A stretch of DNA of 64,000 nucleotides from the NCBI GenBank assembly GCA_963676835.2, contig CAXXFF010000004.1, positions 256,001-320,000 on the forward strand, written 5' to 3'. Source of the stretch: Marispirochaeta sp. (lineage in GTDB: Bacteria > Spirochaetota > Spirochaetia > JC444 > Marispirochaetaceae). Positions 9,943 through 19,574 of this stretch are shown here, piece after piece. Every line of letters begins with the position of its first letter. The first letter of the stretch is position 1. The position numbers and the translations under genes were made by a program. A model generated the notes under the pieces. That model was not told the origin of the DNA. It saw only the letters and a program-made list of their open reading frames with translations, and did not search any database.

Positions 9943-9978
9943 AAAAAAGCCGGACACCTCGAGAAAGGTATCCGGCCT
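9943..9978. terminator. Rho-independent terminator between convergent genes
   Basis: A6-GCCGGACACC...GGTATCCGGC stem; T run on the minus strand. Confidence 0.65.
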
Positions 9979-9996
9979 ATTCCTTAATAAACAGTA

Positions 9997-10758
9997 TCAA
10001 TACGCCGTCAGTCCGCCGTCTACGGGCAGATTAACTCCGTTAAGAAAAGCAGCTTCATCGGAAGCAAGAAACAGAAAAGCCTGTGCGACATCATCTGCAG
10101 TTGCAAGTTTCCCCAGAGGGATTTCGCCATAGCGCTGTTCCCGCAATACAGGATCAGTGAGAACCGCCTGCAGGCCGGGAGTATCAACCGTCGAAGGATG
10201 AACACTGTTACAGCGGATATTATCCTTTGCATATCTGGAGGCAATGGACTTTGTCAGCAGTGTAAGTGCGCCCTTACAGGTGGTATAAGCCTCGTTGGTA
10301 AACTTGTGCCCAACCAGACCACAAATAGACACCATGTTAAGAATGGATCCGCCGCCGCTGGCTCTCATCAAGGGAAGGGCGTGCTTGATTCCAAGAAACG
10401 GCCCCTTCACATTGACGGAGAGCATCATGTCCAGGTCCCCTTCGGGCATATCCTCAATGTCCTTGCGGATATTGATTCCGGCATTATTGATAAGCACATC
10501 CAGCCGGCCTTTCCGGGATTTAACTCCCTCCATAACGTCGATCCAGTTCTGCTCCTGAGCAATATTCAGATTCATGAACTCCGCACCGCCGGCATCCGCA
10601 GGGGTGGCTGAAAGTTCAGCAGCAAGCAGGTTTCCCGCTTCTTCATTCATGTCGCAGATGACTACGTAAGCACCTTCCGCCCTGAATGCCCGGGCAACAC
10701 CTGCTCCGATTCCCTGAGCAGCGCCGGTAATGATACAGACTTTGTCGCGAAGCTTCAT
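9997..10758 (-). CDS. SDR family oxidoreductase
   Basis: TGAAQGIG, NNAGI, YTTCK motifs. Confidence 0.9.
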   Translation of the reverse strand: MKLRDKVCIITGAAQGIGAGVARAFRAEGAYVVICDMNEEAGNLLAAELSATPADAGGAEFMNLNIAQEQNWIDVMEGVKSRKGRLDVLINNAGINIRKDIEDMPEGDLDMMLSVNVKGPFLGIKHALPLMRASGGGSILNMVSICGLVGHKFTNEAYTTCKGALTLLTKSIASRYAKDNIRCNSVHPSTVDTPGLQAVLTDPVLREQRYGEIPLGKLATADDVAQAFLFLASDEAAFLNGVNLPVDGGLTAY

Positions 10759-10770
10759 CAGTTTCTAACC

Positions 10771-11667
10771 TCAGCCTTTCTGTCCTGCACGGACCTTAAC
10801 GCCGGCAAGTTTTTCATAGTGCTGAATAATTCCACCGTGGTCATCAGTCTGTTTGCCGTCTACTTTAAGAGCCTGCATGATTTCCATTGCACCCGCTGTA
10901 AGGGGAACAGGAATCGCCAGTTCGTGGGCAGTATCAAGGGCATTCTGAAGGTCTTTAATATGCAGCTCAATCCGGAAACCGGGCTTGTAGTTTCCTTCAA
11001 GAACCATGGGGGATTTAGCATTAAGTACAGTACTTCCAGCCAGTCCGCCCTTGATGGCATCGAAAACCTTGGCAGGATCTACACCGGCTTTTGCAGCCAG
11101 AACGTATGCTTCAGACATGGCGGAAATATTGAGGGCAACGATCATCTGGTTTGCAAGCTTGGTTACGTTTCCTGCACCAAGGTCTCCACAGAGAACAGCA
11201 GAAGCACCCATAACAAGGAGCATATCCTTAACCTTGTTGAAGAGCTCTTCCTTTCCACCGACCATGATAGCCAGACTTCCGTCGATAGCCTTGGGCTCTC
11301 CGCCGGATACAGGAGCGTCAATCATGTCGATGCCCTTCTCGGCAAGAGCCTTTCCAACTTCCTGAGAAGCCAGGGGAGCAATGGAACTCATATCAACAAC
11401 CAGGGTTCCGGGTTTTGCGCCGTCAATTACGCCGTTCTCACCAAGACATACAGTCTTTACGTGGGGAGAGTTGGGGAGCATTGTAACAATGATCTCACAT
11501 TTGGAAGCTACATCTGCGGAAGAAGTTCCTGCCTCAGCTCCGGCAGCAACCACTTCATCCAGGTTGGGCTTAACAACATCGAATGCTACAAGTTCATAAC
11601 CTGCTTTAAGCAGGTTCTTTGCCATGGGCTTTCCCATGATTCCAAGACCGATAAATCCAATTTTCAT
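10771..11667 (-). CDS. garR: 2-hydroxy-3-oxopropionate (tartronate semialdehyde) reductase
   Basis: GFIGLGIMGKPMAKNL, DAPVSGGEPKAIDG, KLANQ, PGFRIELHIKDL. Confidence 0.88.
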   Translation of the reverse strand: MKIGFIGLGIMGKPMAKNLLKAGYELVAFDVVKPNLDEVVAAGAEAGTSSADVASKCEIIVTMLPNSPHVKTVCLGENGVIDGAKPGTLVVDMSSIAPLASQEVGKALAEKGIDMIDAPVSGGEPKAIDGSLAIMVGGKEELFNKVKDMLLVMGASAVLCGDLGAGNVTKLANQMIVALNISAMSEAYVLAAKAGVDPAKVFDAIKGGLAGSTVLNAKSPMVLEGNYKPGFRIELHIKDLQNALDTAHELAIPVPLTAGAMEIMQALKVDGKQTDDHGGIIQHYEKLAGVKVRAGQKG

Positions 11668-11777
11668 CTAAATCTCTCCTTACCTTAAGCCAATGGACAC
11701 CAGGTCCATAATGTATTTAACCCCCGTTAACAACTGCACAGGGGAAATGTCACATATTGAATGATCCGGAAGAAACG

Positions 11778-12482
11778 TTAAAAAACGCCTTCCTTGCGTA
11801 CCTTGTCCAGGGTAATGCGCACATGCTCTTCCATAAGATCCTGAGCCTGCTGCCTGTCCCGGGCTTTGAGGGCATCAAGAATCTTGCGGTGATACTCAAT
11901 ACCGTCGCCGGTTCCAAGAAGCTGCACAATATTGTCCATGGATGCCATAAGGATATCCTGGATAATGCTGTTCACCTTGAAAAGAACATGATTCCGGGTT
12001 GCCTTTGCAATACAGAGGTGAAAATCCATATCCGCCCGGGCAAACTCCGTTGTATCAGTAATATTGTCGAGCATACGGCGGTAATGAGACTCCAGAAGCT
12101 GAATATCATCTTCCGTGGCTTTGTCTACAGCCAGGGCCATAATACCCCGCTCCATGGTCAGCCGGTACTCGAGAACATCGACAACATCGCTTTTTTCCAG
12201 CACCAGAGCCGGCAGCAGTCCGTTAAGATAACTCTCTGCAGTCAGGCCTCGAACATAGGTACCTTCTCCGTGCCGTGTTTCAAGCAGGCCCAGTGTAGCG
12301 AGCCGCTGAAGTGCCTCACGGATGGAAACCCGGCTGACACCGAACATTTCGGACAGCTCACCCTCAGAGGGCAACTTGTCCCCGGGCTTCCAGGCTCCCT
12401 GAATTATCTGAGCCTTGAGCTGATTAAAAACCTGAGCACTTACGCCTTCTTTGCGAACCCGCTTTACTGATACCTTACCCAT
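11778..12482 (-). CDS. FadR/GntR family transcriptional regulator
   Basis: KLPSEGELSEMFGVSRVSIREAL wHTH, FCD domain with DMDFH. Confidence 0.92.
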   Translation of the reverse strand: MGKVSVKRVRKEGVSAQVFNQLKAQIIQGAWKPGDKLPSEGELSEMFGVSRVSIREALQRLATLGLLETRHGEGTYVRGLTAESYLNGLLPALVLEKSDVVDVLEYRLTMERGIMALAVDKATEDDIQLLESHYRRMLDNITDTTEFARADMDFHLCIAKATRNHVLFKVNSIIQDILMASMDNIVQLLGTGDGIEYHRKILDALKARDRQQAQDLMEEHVRITLDKVRKEGVF

Positions 12483-12555
12483 TTACCTTTCCGTTAGAGT
12501 TGTATGATAACCTACGTATTTCCAGCTGTCAATCAAGAAAATGGGCTTAAGTGAA

Positions 12556-13395
12556 TTATGAAGGCCAGACCTGACTGCCGCCATCTACCCGGAGAACTTC
12601 ACCGGTAATAAAACTGGATGCATCGGTGGCGAAGAACTCAACCGCAGAAGCAACCTCTTCGGGCCAACCGTAGCGCTCAAGGGTCCCGGAATGGACTTTC
12701 TGAGCTTCATCAGTCTCCCGTGACGCAAGAAAACGCTCGGTTACCGTATCCCCCGGAGCAACCACATTTACCGTGATATCGAAGGGACGCAGCTGTATGG
12801 CAAGGCAGCGGCTGTACTCATGAACCGCGGCTTTGGACGAAGCATAGATAGCCGCTCCGGGAAGCCCTTTCAGACCTGCAATACTTCCGATATTAATTAT
12901 TTTACCCGACTTCCGGGCCATCATTTCCGGTGCTACAGCCTTGCAGCAGAGAACACAGGTAAGAAAGTTCCTGTCCATAACTGTATGGATATCCGTCAGG
13001 GAAATGGAGAGCGCATCATTACCTTCGGGCTTACCGGCCATATCCGCCTGAACACCCTTTGAACCGATATCTCCTCCGGCACAATTAATGAGAATATCGA
13101 TGGGACCAAGCTTTTCATGAATCTCACCCACAAGTTCAACTACCTTTTTTTCGTCCGTCAGGTCTCCGGTCACGGCAATACAGTCTACCCCGTATTTCCC
13201 GGCGATTGCTTCCGCATTGGCTGCAAGGCTTTTGCCTTCCTTGAAGACTGCAGGTGAGTCCGGACGACTTCCATGGATGACAACTTTTGCTCCCTTTGAA
13301 GCAAAGTGCTCTGCAATCGCCTTTCCTATACCTCTGGAAGAACCGGTTATCCAGGCAACCTTATTTTCAAGTGTTTTAGCTTCACTACTGCTCAT
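12556..13395 (-). CDS. SDR family oxidoreductase
   Basis: TGSSRGIG, YASSK, ITGEVLRVDGG. Confidence 0.9.
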   Translation of the reverse strand: MSSSEAKTLENKVAWITGSSRGIGKAIAEHFASKGAKVVIHGSRPDSPAVFKEGKSLAANAEAIAGKYGVDCIAVTGDLTDEKKVVELVGEIHEKLGPIDILINCAGGDIGSKGVQADMAGKPEGNDALSISLTDIHTVMDRNFLTCVLCCKAVAPEMMARKSGKIINIGSIAGLKGLPGAAIYASSKAAVHEYSRCLAIQLRPFDITVNVVAPGDTVTERFLASRETDEAQKVHSGTLERYGWPEEVASAVEFFATDASSFITGEVLRVDGGSQVWPS

Positions 13396-13516
13396 AATTA
13401 CTCCTTTTTCACTGCCGGCTGCTTGGAGCCGACCGGTAACATATAATACAGCATATCTGCCGTTTTGTAACGCCGTTCAAAGAGGATTTTACTGTTTTTA
13501 CGCTGTCCTGAAATTA

Positions 13517-13543
13517 CTGTACGGGTATACAATGACCGTACAG
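13517..13543. promoter_or_regulatory. Inverted repeat in divergent promoter region (candidate operator)
   Basis: CTGTACGG-N11-CCGTACAG. Confidence 0.35.
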
Positions 13544-13570
13544 CACAGCACACAAAGCAGGAGAGAAAGA

Positions 13571-14095
13571 GTGAAAAACAGTACCGGTTCCCAACTGGCG
13601 GAAAAAGCATACACCCTGGGCTTTGAGTATGAAAAAACCTACAAGGGATGTGCCCAGTGTACTATCGCAGCCCTTCAGGATGCCCTTGATATCCGTAATG
13701 CTGAAACAGATGCAATATTCAAGGCAGCCACAGGGCTTGCCGGCGGCGGTGCCCGCCAGACAGACGGTAACTGCGGAGGTTACGCAGGTGCCGCAATGAT
13801 CATAGGGTATTTAATCGGCCGCGAGCGGGATGATTTTGGAGACAGTAAAGATGTCCGCTTCAAGACCTTCGACCTGGTGAAAAAGCTGCATCAGAAATTT
13901 ATCGATGAGTTCGGGACGGTAACCTGCAGGGAAATCCATACCCGCATAATGGGTAGACCTTTTTATATAGAAGATCCCGATGAGTTTCAGAAGTTTGAGG
14001 ATGCCGGTGCCCATGACAGTAAATGCACAAATGTGGTCGGGCTGGCATCACAGTGGGCTGCGGAAATTATTGAAGAAGCAGGCCTGCAAGCATAA
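13571..14095 (+). CDS. C-GCAxxG-C-C family putative redox protein
   Basis: GCAQC, NCGGYAG, TCREI, KCT cysteine pattern; GTG start after AGGAG. Confidence 0.8.
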   Translation: MKNSTGSQLAEKAYTLGFEYEKTYKGCAQCTIAALQDALDIRNAETDAIFKAATGLAGGGARQTDGNCGGYAGAAMIIGYLIGRERDDFGDSKDVRFKTFDLVKKLHQKFIDEFGTVTCREIHTRIMGRPFYIEDPDEFQKFEDAGAHDSKCTNVVGLASQWAAEIIEEAGLQA

Positions 14096-14966
14096 AGGTG
14101 AGGGGCACGGTTACAATACTGAGCACCGTTGAAATAATAACAATGCTCAGGGAAACCGACGCGTCTATGCCGTAACGGGACGGCAGAACATAGCTGAATA
14201 CCGCAGCCGGCAGGGCTGCGGATACCAGGGTAACCGTTGCGAGGGTTCCTTCCAGATTAAACAGAGTCACCGCAGCAATACCGAGAAGGAATCCGCCCAT
14301 GACACGAATCAGAACACCCGAAACCACCTGGGAGTTAAGCATCGGCCGCCTGCTTGAAAGGGATACCCCAACAACAAATGCCGCCAGCGGAGGTGCTGCG
14401 GCTCCTGCAAAGCGGCAAACTTTGAGCAGAGTTTCCGGCACCTGGACTTTTATCAGATTAAAAAGAAATCCGAAGACTGCAGCCCACAAGATAGGTGATT
14501 TTATGGTGGAAAGAAGACCTTTTCGGCTGATTCCCCCGCCGAGAATGACAAAGCCCAGGGTAAAGAGCATTATGGTGGAAAACTGATCCCAGACAATCTC
14601 AATATTCATGGCTTCTGCGCCGCCCCACAGCTGCATAAGAGGGAATCCGATAAAGCCTGAGTTCATAAACAGCACAGAAAGTGCCATTCCCCGGATATCC
14701 TGTCCGCTGATTCTGCCGTAGATCCAGACACACAGAAACTGTGCCGCAGCAATAAAGACAACCGTCCCCATAAGGTCACCCATGTCGGAAACAGCCACGG
14801 TGGATTCATAGAGGCTCACAAAAACCAGCAGGGGCATAAAAAAATCGACAAGCACCCGGGACAATGTTTCTTCACTGATTTTTGTCATGGAGGAAATTAT
14901 CCATCCAGCCGCTATAACAATAAAAAGAGGCAGGGTGATTCCAAGGGTTGCGGTAAAAATGCTCAT
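14067..14966 (-). CDS. AEC (auxin efflux carrier) family transporter
   Basis: About 10 TM, NSGFIGFPL, SPILWA, ALPAA motifs. Confidence 0.85.
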   Translation of the reverse strand: MSIFTATLGITLPLFIVIAAGWIISSMTKISEETLSRVLVDFFMPLLVFVSLYESTVAVSDMGDLMGTVVFIAAAQFLCVWIYGRISGQDIRGMALSVLFMNSGFIGFPLMQLWGGAEAMNIEIVWDQFSTIMLFTLGFVILGGGISRKGLLSTIKSPILWAAVFGFLFNLIKVQVPETLLKVCRFAGAAAPPLAAFVVGVSLSSRRPMLNSQVVSGVLIRVMGGFLLGIAAVTLFNLEGTLATVTLVSAALPAAVFSYVLPSRYGIDASVSLSIVIISTVLSIVTVPLTFMLAGLLLQ

Positions 14967-14987
14967 TTCATTCCTCTTGATCTATAC

Positions 14988-16520
14988 CTAAACTGGAGTA
15001 AAAGGCTTCCGCCCCATCACCATATTGGCAGTCAGCTTTCCACTGAGAGCGGCGGAGATCACACCTCCGGGCCAGAGACTGTAGTGCCCGCAGGTCCTCA
15101 GATTCCGCAGCGGGGTATTAATCAGGTTGAGCCCGGGAAAACGGTAGACCGGGGAAACACCGTCCTGATAACACCATCCGCCTGATGATCCCAGGGAGTT
15201 TCCCGAAAAACGTTCTCCCGACAAAGGTGATCCCACGTCTGAAAAGATAACCGACGAGCTGAGTCCGGGCAGGATATGTTCCGCCTGGCTGATAAGCTCA
15301 TCAGCAACCTTCTCTTTGAGACTACGGTATTCAGCAGTCCGGGGCATACCGCCTCCCCGGTTCTTCCAGGTATCCGCCCATTTGTATGAGCTGTAGGTCT
15401 GAAGCACCATCCCGGCTTTGCCCTCAGGGGCCCCGCCGGGGTTTTCCAGACCGAAGTGGTTCAGTACAACCCACATCCTGCTGTGTATATCCATGGGGGA
15501 ATCGGCCCGGGGAAATAAAACATCATAGTTGGGAAAGAAGAATACATGCTGAGCCTGCATGGCTTCATGCAGACTCTCTGAACTCCGGTCCAGTCCGAGA
15601 TAGACATTAACCAGCTCTTCTGTAAGCCGCACCTCATTGATACGGCTGACAAAACGGCTTTTAAACAATTCGGGCCCCAGAATAGAGTTCACCATTTTAC
15701 GGTAGTCACCGGCATAGATAAACTGATCCGCCGAAAAGGTATCCCCTGCGGAAGTTATAGCGGCAACAGCTTTGTTGTTCCGGTATTCTATCCGCTCAAC
15801 AGAGCTGCTGCACTTGAGTTCACCGCCAAGACGGATAAAGTTTTCCGCAAGCAGATCATGCAGCCCCTGCATTCCCCCTTCAGGGTACCAGTAATCCTTC
15901 ATCCATAAATGCCAGAACCCGGCGAAAAATATGTAGGGCATATGGTAGTAGCCAATATTGGTAAACCAGTTTCTTAAAGCAGGATCGTGAATGAGCCTGC
16001 AGGCTTTCTCCCGGTAGGAATATTTCAGCCACCGGCGCAGTTTGGGCAGCCAGGGGATCATGGCAAGAAAGCCGGTGAAGGAGGGCTTTTCTATAAGAGG
16101 GAAACTCCAGGGGGAATAATGGGATTCCAGAAACCGGGAAACCTCGCGGACCTCCCGGAACAGTTCGGTAATTCCTTTCTCATGGGGAAAGGCCTGTACC
16201 AGGGATGATTCAACAGCGTCGAAGGAGTCGATAAAGAAATCGAAATCTGCTGAGACCATACGAAACCGGGCTTTATGCCAGGTAATCTTATCGAGCAGAT
16301 CAAGCTCTTTTAGAATAGGAAAGATGATCCCCAGACTCTCAAAAGATTGATCCCCTCCATCGAAATAGAAACCCTTCCGTTTAAGGCCGGACATATTGCC
16401 CCCGGTCTGGTGGTTCTGCTCCAGAATCAGGGTCTTCTTTCCATGCTTAGCCAGAATATTGCCGGCGATAATACCGCCGATACCGGCTCCGGTTATGATT
16501 ACGTCATAGCTGCTGCCCAT
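14988..16520 (-). CDS. Phytoene desaturase-like FAD-dependent oxidoreductase
   Basis: GAGIGG dinucleotide fold, GFYFDGG, YPEGGMQ, C-terminal PGGVISAALSG. Confidence 0.82.
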   Translation of the reverse strand: MGSSYDVIITGAGIGGIIAGNILAKHGKKTLILEQNHQTGGNMSGLKRKGFYFDGGDQSFESLGIIFPILKELDLLDKITWHKARFRMVSADFDFFIDSFDAVESSLVQAFPHEKGITELFREVREVSRFLESHYSPWSFPLIEKPSFTGFLAMIPWLPKLRRWLKYSYREKACRLIHDPALRNWFTNIGYYHMPYIFFAGFWHLWMKDYWYPEGGMQGLHDLLAENFIRLGGELKCSSSVERIEYRNNKAVAAITSAGDTFSADQFIYAGDYRKMVNSILGPELFKSRFVSRINEVRLTEELVNVYLGLDRSSESLHEAMQAQHVFFFPNYDVLFPRADSPMDIHSRMWVVLNHFGLENPGGAPEGKAGMVLQTYSSYKWADTWKNRGGGMPRTAEYRSLKEKVADELISQAEHILPGLSSSVIFSDVGSPLSGERFSGNSLGSSGGWCYQDGVSPVYRFPGLNLINTPLRNLRTCGHYSLWPGGVISAALSGKLTANMVMGRKPFTPV

Positions 16521-16616
16521 AGTGTTTTTATACTATGAAAAAGAGAGAAAGGTCAGGGGGAAAATGTAGAAGTCTCACCTTGCCTGGATCGCTCAAGGGA
16601 ACCAGCACTGATGCCC

Positions 16617-16828
16617 CCCTCGCCTTTTTTAAAGACAGGGAGAGGGTGATAGAGTTTTTCCTGACAGGCCTAGCCCAGCGCGATCAGCATTGCAGCCCCC
16701 CCTCACCCCCGGCCCTCTCCCGGAGGGAGAGGGAGGAAGAGTTGCTCCTGACAGGCATAGCCCGGAGTGATCAACTTTGCAGGCCTCCCTCACCCCGGTC
16801 CTCTCCTTTTTTAAAGATAGGGAGAGGG
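16617..16828. repeat. Three REP/BoxC-like palindromes with two degenerate linkers
   Basis: Copies at about 16617-16646, 16700-16733, 16787-16828 of (CCCTCACCCC..)CCCTCTCCC-loop-GGGAGAGGG; linkers share CCTGACAGGC.TAGCCC...GATCA....TGCAG. Confidence 0.75.
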
Positions 16829-17194
16829 AGGTTGGGAAGCGAAGGCTTCAATTTTTGTTAAAAATAGTTCGGGATTACCAAGTACTTCATGGTTCTTAAA
16901 ACGTAACACAGTTAAGCCCATTGATTTCAAAGAATTATCCCGTAAAAGATCTCTTTCTTTTTGGTTTATATCCTGATGAACTTCTCCATCCAATTCGATT
17001 ATGAGTTTTAATTCATCACAATAGAAATCAACGATAAACGGACCAAGCTGGTGTTGCCTGCGGAATTTCAGGCCGCACAACCCCCTGTTTCGCAACAGAG
17101 ACCAAACAATCTTCTCAGCTTTTGTTTCCCCTTTTCGCAATTCTCTTGCAACAGATACGAGATAGCAACGTCTATTTTTTCCCCGAATTTTCAT
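16811..17194 (-). CDS. DUF559 family endonuclease (Vsr-like PD-(D/E)xK)
   Basis: ARELRK..TKAE..LW, KFRRQH, IVDFYC, IELDGEVH, RD..L...G..VLRF motifs. Confidence 0.88.
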   Translation of the reverse strand: MKIRGKNRRCYLVSVARELRKGETKAEKIVWSLLRNRGLCGLKFRRQHQLGPFIVDFYCDELKLIIELDGEVHQDINQKERDLLRDNSLKSMGLTVLRFKNHEVLGNPELFLTKIEAFASQPPSPYL

Positions 17195-17220
17195 CCCAAC
17201 TCCTGCGCCCCTCGCCCTCT

Positions 17221-17773
17221 GGGAGAGGGGATGGGGGTGAGGGGCGGATTAAACTGGTTAGCCAGGTAAAATCCAGATTCACCCAATAACTGATACCCGG
17301 AATTACATCTCATACACATTACAACCGGAAATCTGATTCCCTGCTTCAGGAAATACAAACAATAATGTTGTTGTGGCTTACTCCGGGAGATAAGCTTGCA
17401 CCCACATCGCGAAAGAGATAGCACCATGCAAACCCTCACCCCCAAACCCCCTCTCCCAAAAGGCGAGGGGGCCTCTCGCGTCATCCCCCATCCCCTCTCC
17501 TCCCGGGAGAGGGGATGGGGGTGAGGGTCGGATTAAACTGGTTAGCCAGGTAAAATCCATATTCAACCAATAACTGGTTTCCGGAATTACATCTCATACA
17601 CATTACAACCGGAAATCTGATTCCCTGCTTCAGGAAATACAAACAATAATGTTGTTGTGGCTTACTCCGGGAGATAAGCTTGCACCCACATCGCGAAAGA
17701 GCTATCACCATGCAAACCCTCACCCCCAAACCCCCTCTCCCAAAAGGCGAGGGGGCCTCTCGCGTCATCCCCC
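17221..17773. repeat. Tandem duplication, 284-bp period; each unit bounded by inverted REP-like palindromes
   Basis: 17221-17489 nearly identical to 17505-17773; palindromes at about 17208-17244, 17433-17471, 17492-17527, 17717-17755. Confidence 0.9.
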
Positions 17774-17844
17774 CACCTCACCTTGCCTGCCTCCCCTGCC
17801 AATCAGCATTGCACAGCAGGAAATATAGTAGTAACCTGATATTG

Positions 17845-18519
17845 ATGAGCAGCGAAAAGAAAGAGTCGCCCCGGAGCCTCAGTGAAAAAGCAATGGTCAT
17901 GATCCGGGAACGGATATTTGCCCTGGAATTCTCCCCGGGTGAACGCCTTGTAGTGGATAAACTGGCTGAAGATATTGATGTAAGCCGCACCCCCATACGG
18001 GAGGGACTCAGACTGCTGGTTCATCAGGGGCTGGTAACCTATGACGGCAAAGGCTATTCGATTTTTCATCCCACCGCCAGGGACGTGGAAGAGATAATTG
18101 TACTGCGTCAGTCCATGGAATCCCTTGCCGCCAGACTTGCGGCAGAACACATGGAGGAAGCTGAAATCAAACGCCTCCTGGAAATATGGTCAGGCTATAA
18201 CGCCGACCCTTCAAGTAAAGCCCAGGGTGAAGTAGATATGGAATTCCATGAGGCAATTCTGAAAAGTGCAGACAATCACCGTCTCGAACGGGTTGTAGGT
18301 GAAATGCGGGGACAATTCCGTCTGATTCGCAACTGGATGGCAGACAATCTCGCCGACGGACCGGTCAACCGGGAAACCGTTGGTGAACATCTGAAGGTGC
18401 TTAACTGCATTGCCGCCAGAGACAGCGAAGGGGCTGCTCAGGCGATGCATGAACATATAGAGAACAGCCGCAAAAGGACTATTCACAACCTGTTTGACAG
18501 GAATCTTATTTTCCGCTGA
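17845..18519 (+). CDS. GntR family (FCD) transcriptional regulator
   Basis: PGERLVVDKLAEDIDVSRTPIREGL wHTH; DMEFH, EHL metal-site residues. Confidence 0.9.
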   Translation: MSSEKKESPRSLSEKAMVMIRERIFALEFSPGERLVVDKLAEDIDVSRTPIREGLRLLVHQGLVTYDGKGYSIFHPTARDVEEIIVLRQSMESLAARLAAEHMEEAEIKRLLEIWSGYNADPSSKAQGEVDMEFHEAILKSADNHRLERVVGEMRGQFRLIRNWMADNLADGPVNRETVGEHLKVLNCIAARDSEGAAQAMHEHIENSRKRTIHNLFDRNLIFR

Positions 18520-19570
18520 ATTCCCGGGAAGCCTGTACCATGGCCTGTATGTTTTCAACAGAAGTGCCTGGAACAACCTCACAACCGGACCCCAGAATAA
18601 ATCCGCCATTACGGGCATGCCCTCTTTCCATACATTCAAGTGAAGCTGCGTAAACTGCTTCCCAATCTCCCTGAAAAAGAACTGATGTTGGTTCAAGATT
18701 TCCCATAAGAGCGGCCTTACCCCCGATAAGTGCTCTTGCTTCATCCATGGGAACCTTCGCATCTATTTCCAGAACATCCGCTCCGGTTTCTGCCATCAGC
18801 GGCAGGATAGCACGGGTGTCACCACAGATATGCAGGATGGTAATCGCACCATGTTTTTCCACCTCAGACTGTAACTCCCTGAACACCTTTACTTCAAAAG
18901 GATAGACATATTTTTTGTAGATTCCGGGAGAAATCATACTTAAAGAGGCAAGGGAATCACCCACCATTGCCGTATCAGATCCGGCATCAAGAGCAGCTTT
19001 CAGAAAAGCTATCAATCCATCGCTGGCTATGTCCATGAGTGTTAGGATATTACCCTCTGCGTCCTTATCCTCATCGGCTTCACAGAGCCCGATCCGGGTG
19101 AGAAACTCGCTGGTTCCACCCATAAGATAACTTGCCAGAGAGAACGGACCGGTTCCGGGACCGCGCAGAGCAACTTCACCCTTAAAGTGATCTTTCAGAA
19201 GACTTAATGCCTCAAGATAGACCGGCATCCGTCCATCCTTATAGGGATCCGGAACTTGAAGTTTCTCGATCTCGTCCAGGGAGAAAACAGCAGGTTTCAC
19301 CAGGTTGGGAGTAAGATTATAGGGCTGATTGATTTCACATCCGAAACCTTCTGCAATGTAATAGCCATCGGACTGGGCAACCACCACATCCTGACCGACC
19401 ATGTTCCATGCTGCGATCTGAGCTTCGGCCATACGACGACCGCTGGTATTGTATTCAGAAATGGGAACTCCGGCGCAGGCTGCACCGAAGTTACCGTTAT
19501 AGGGAGCTGCAGGGATCAGATCTGGAATTCCGCCCCGGGCGGCTGTTATAAATCGCTGGCGGGAATTCAT
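18506..19570 (-). CDS. Uroporphyrinogen decarboxylase family, MtaA/CmuA-like methyltransferase
   Basis: AEGFGC, DGRMP, GPFSLA, LHICG and GSGCEV Zn-binding motifs, GNLEP. Confidence 0.85.
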   Translation of the reverse strand: MNSRQRFITAARGGIPDLIPAAPYNGNFGAACAGVPISEYNTSGRRMAEAQIAAWNMVGQDVVVAQSDGYYIAEGFGCEINQPYNLTPNLVKPAVFSLDEIEKLQVPDPYKDGRMPVYLEALSLLKDHFKGEVALRGPGTGPFSLASYLMGGTSEFLTRIGLCEADEDKDAEGNILTLMDIASDGLIAFLKAALDAGSDTAMVGDSLASLSMISPGIYKKYVYPFEVKVFRELQSEVEKHGAITILHICGDTRAILPLMAETGADVLEIDAKVPMDEARALIGGKAALMGNLEPTSVLFQGDWEAVYAASLECMERGHARNGGFILGSGCEVVPGTSVENIQAMVQASREFSGK

Positions 19571-19574
19571 GGGA

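Noticed and set aside
14988..16520. Carotenoid biosynthesis gene crtI
   Set aside because: Only family-level motifs; no crtB or crtE nearby.
17191..17768. Duplicated 97/95-aa ORFs and the 16535-16861 ORF
   Set aside because: They read through the palindromic repeats, have no RBS and no recognisable family; probably by-products of the repeats.
16574..17789. CRISPR array
   Set aside because: Repeats vary in sequence and orientation, spacing is irregular, linkers resemble each other, and there are no cas genes.
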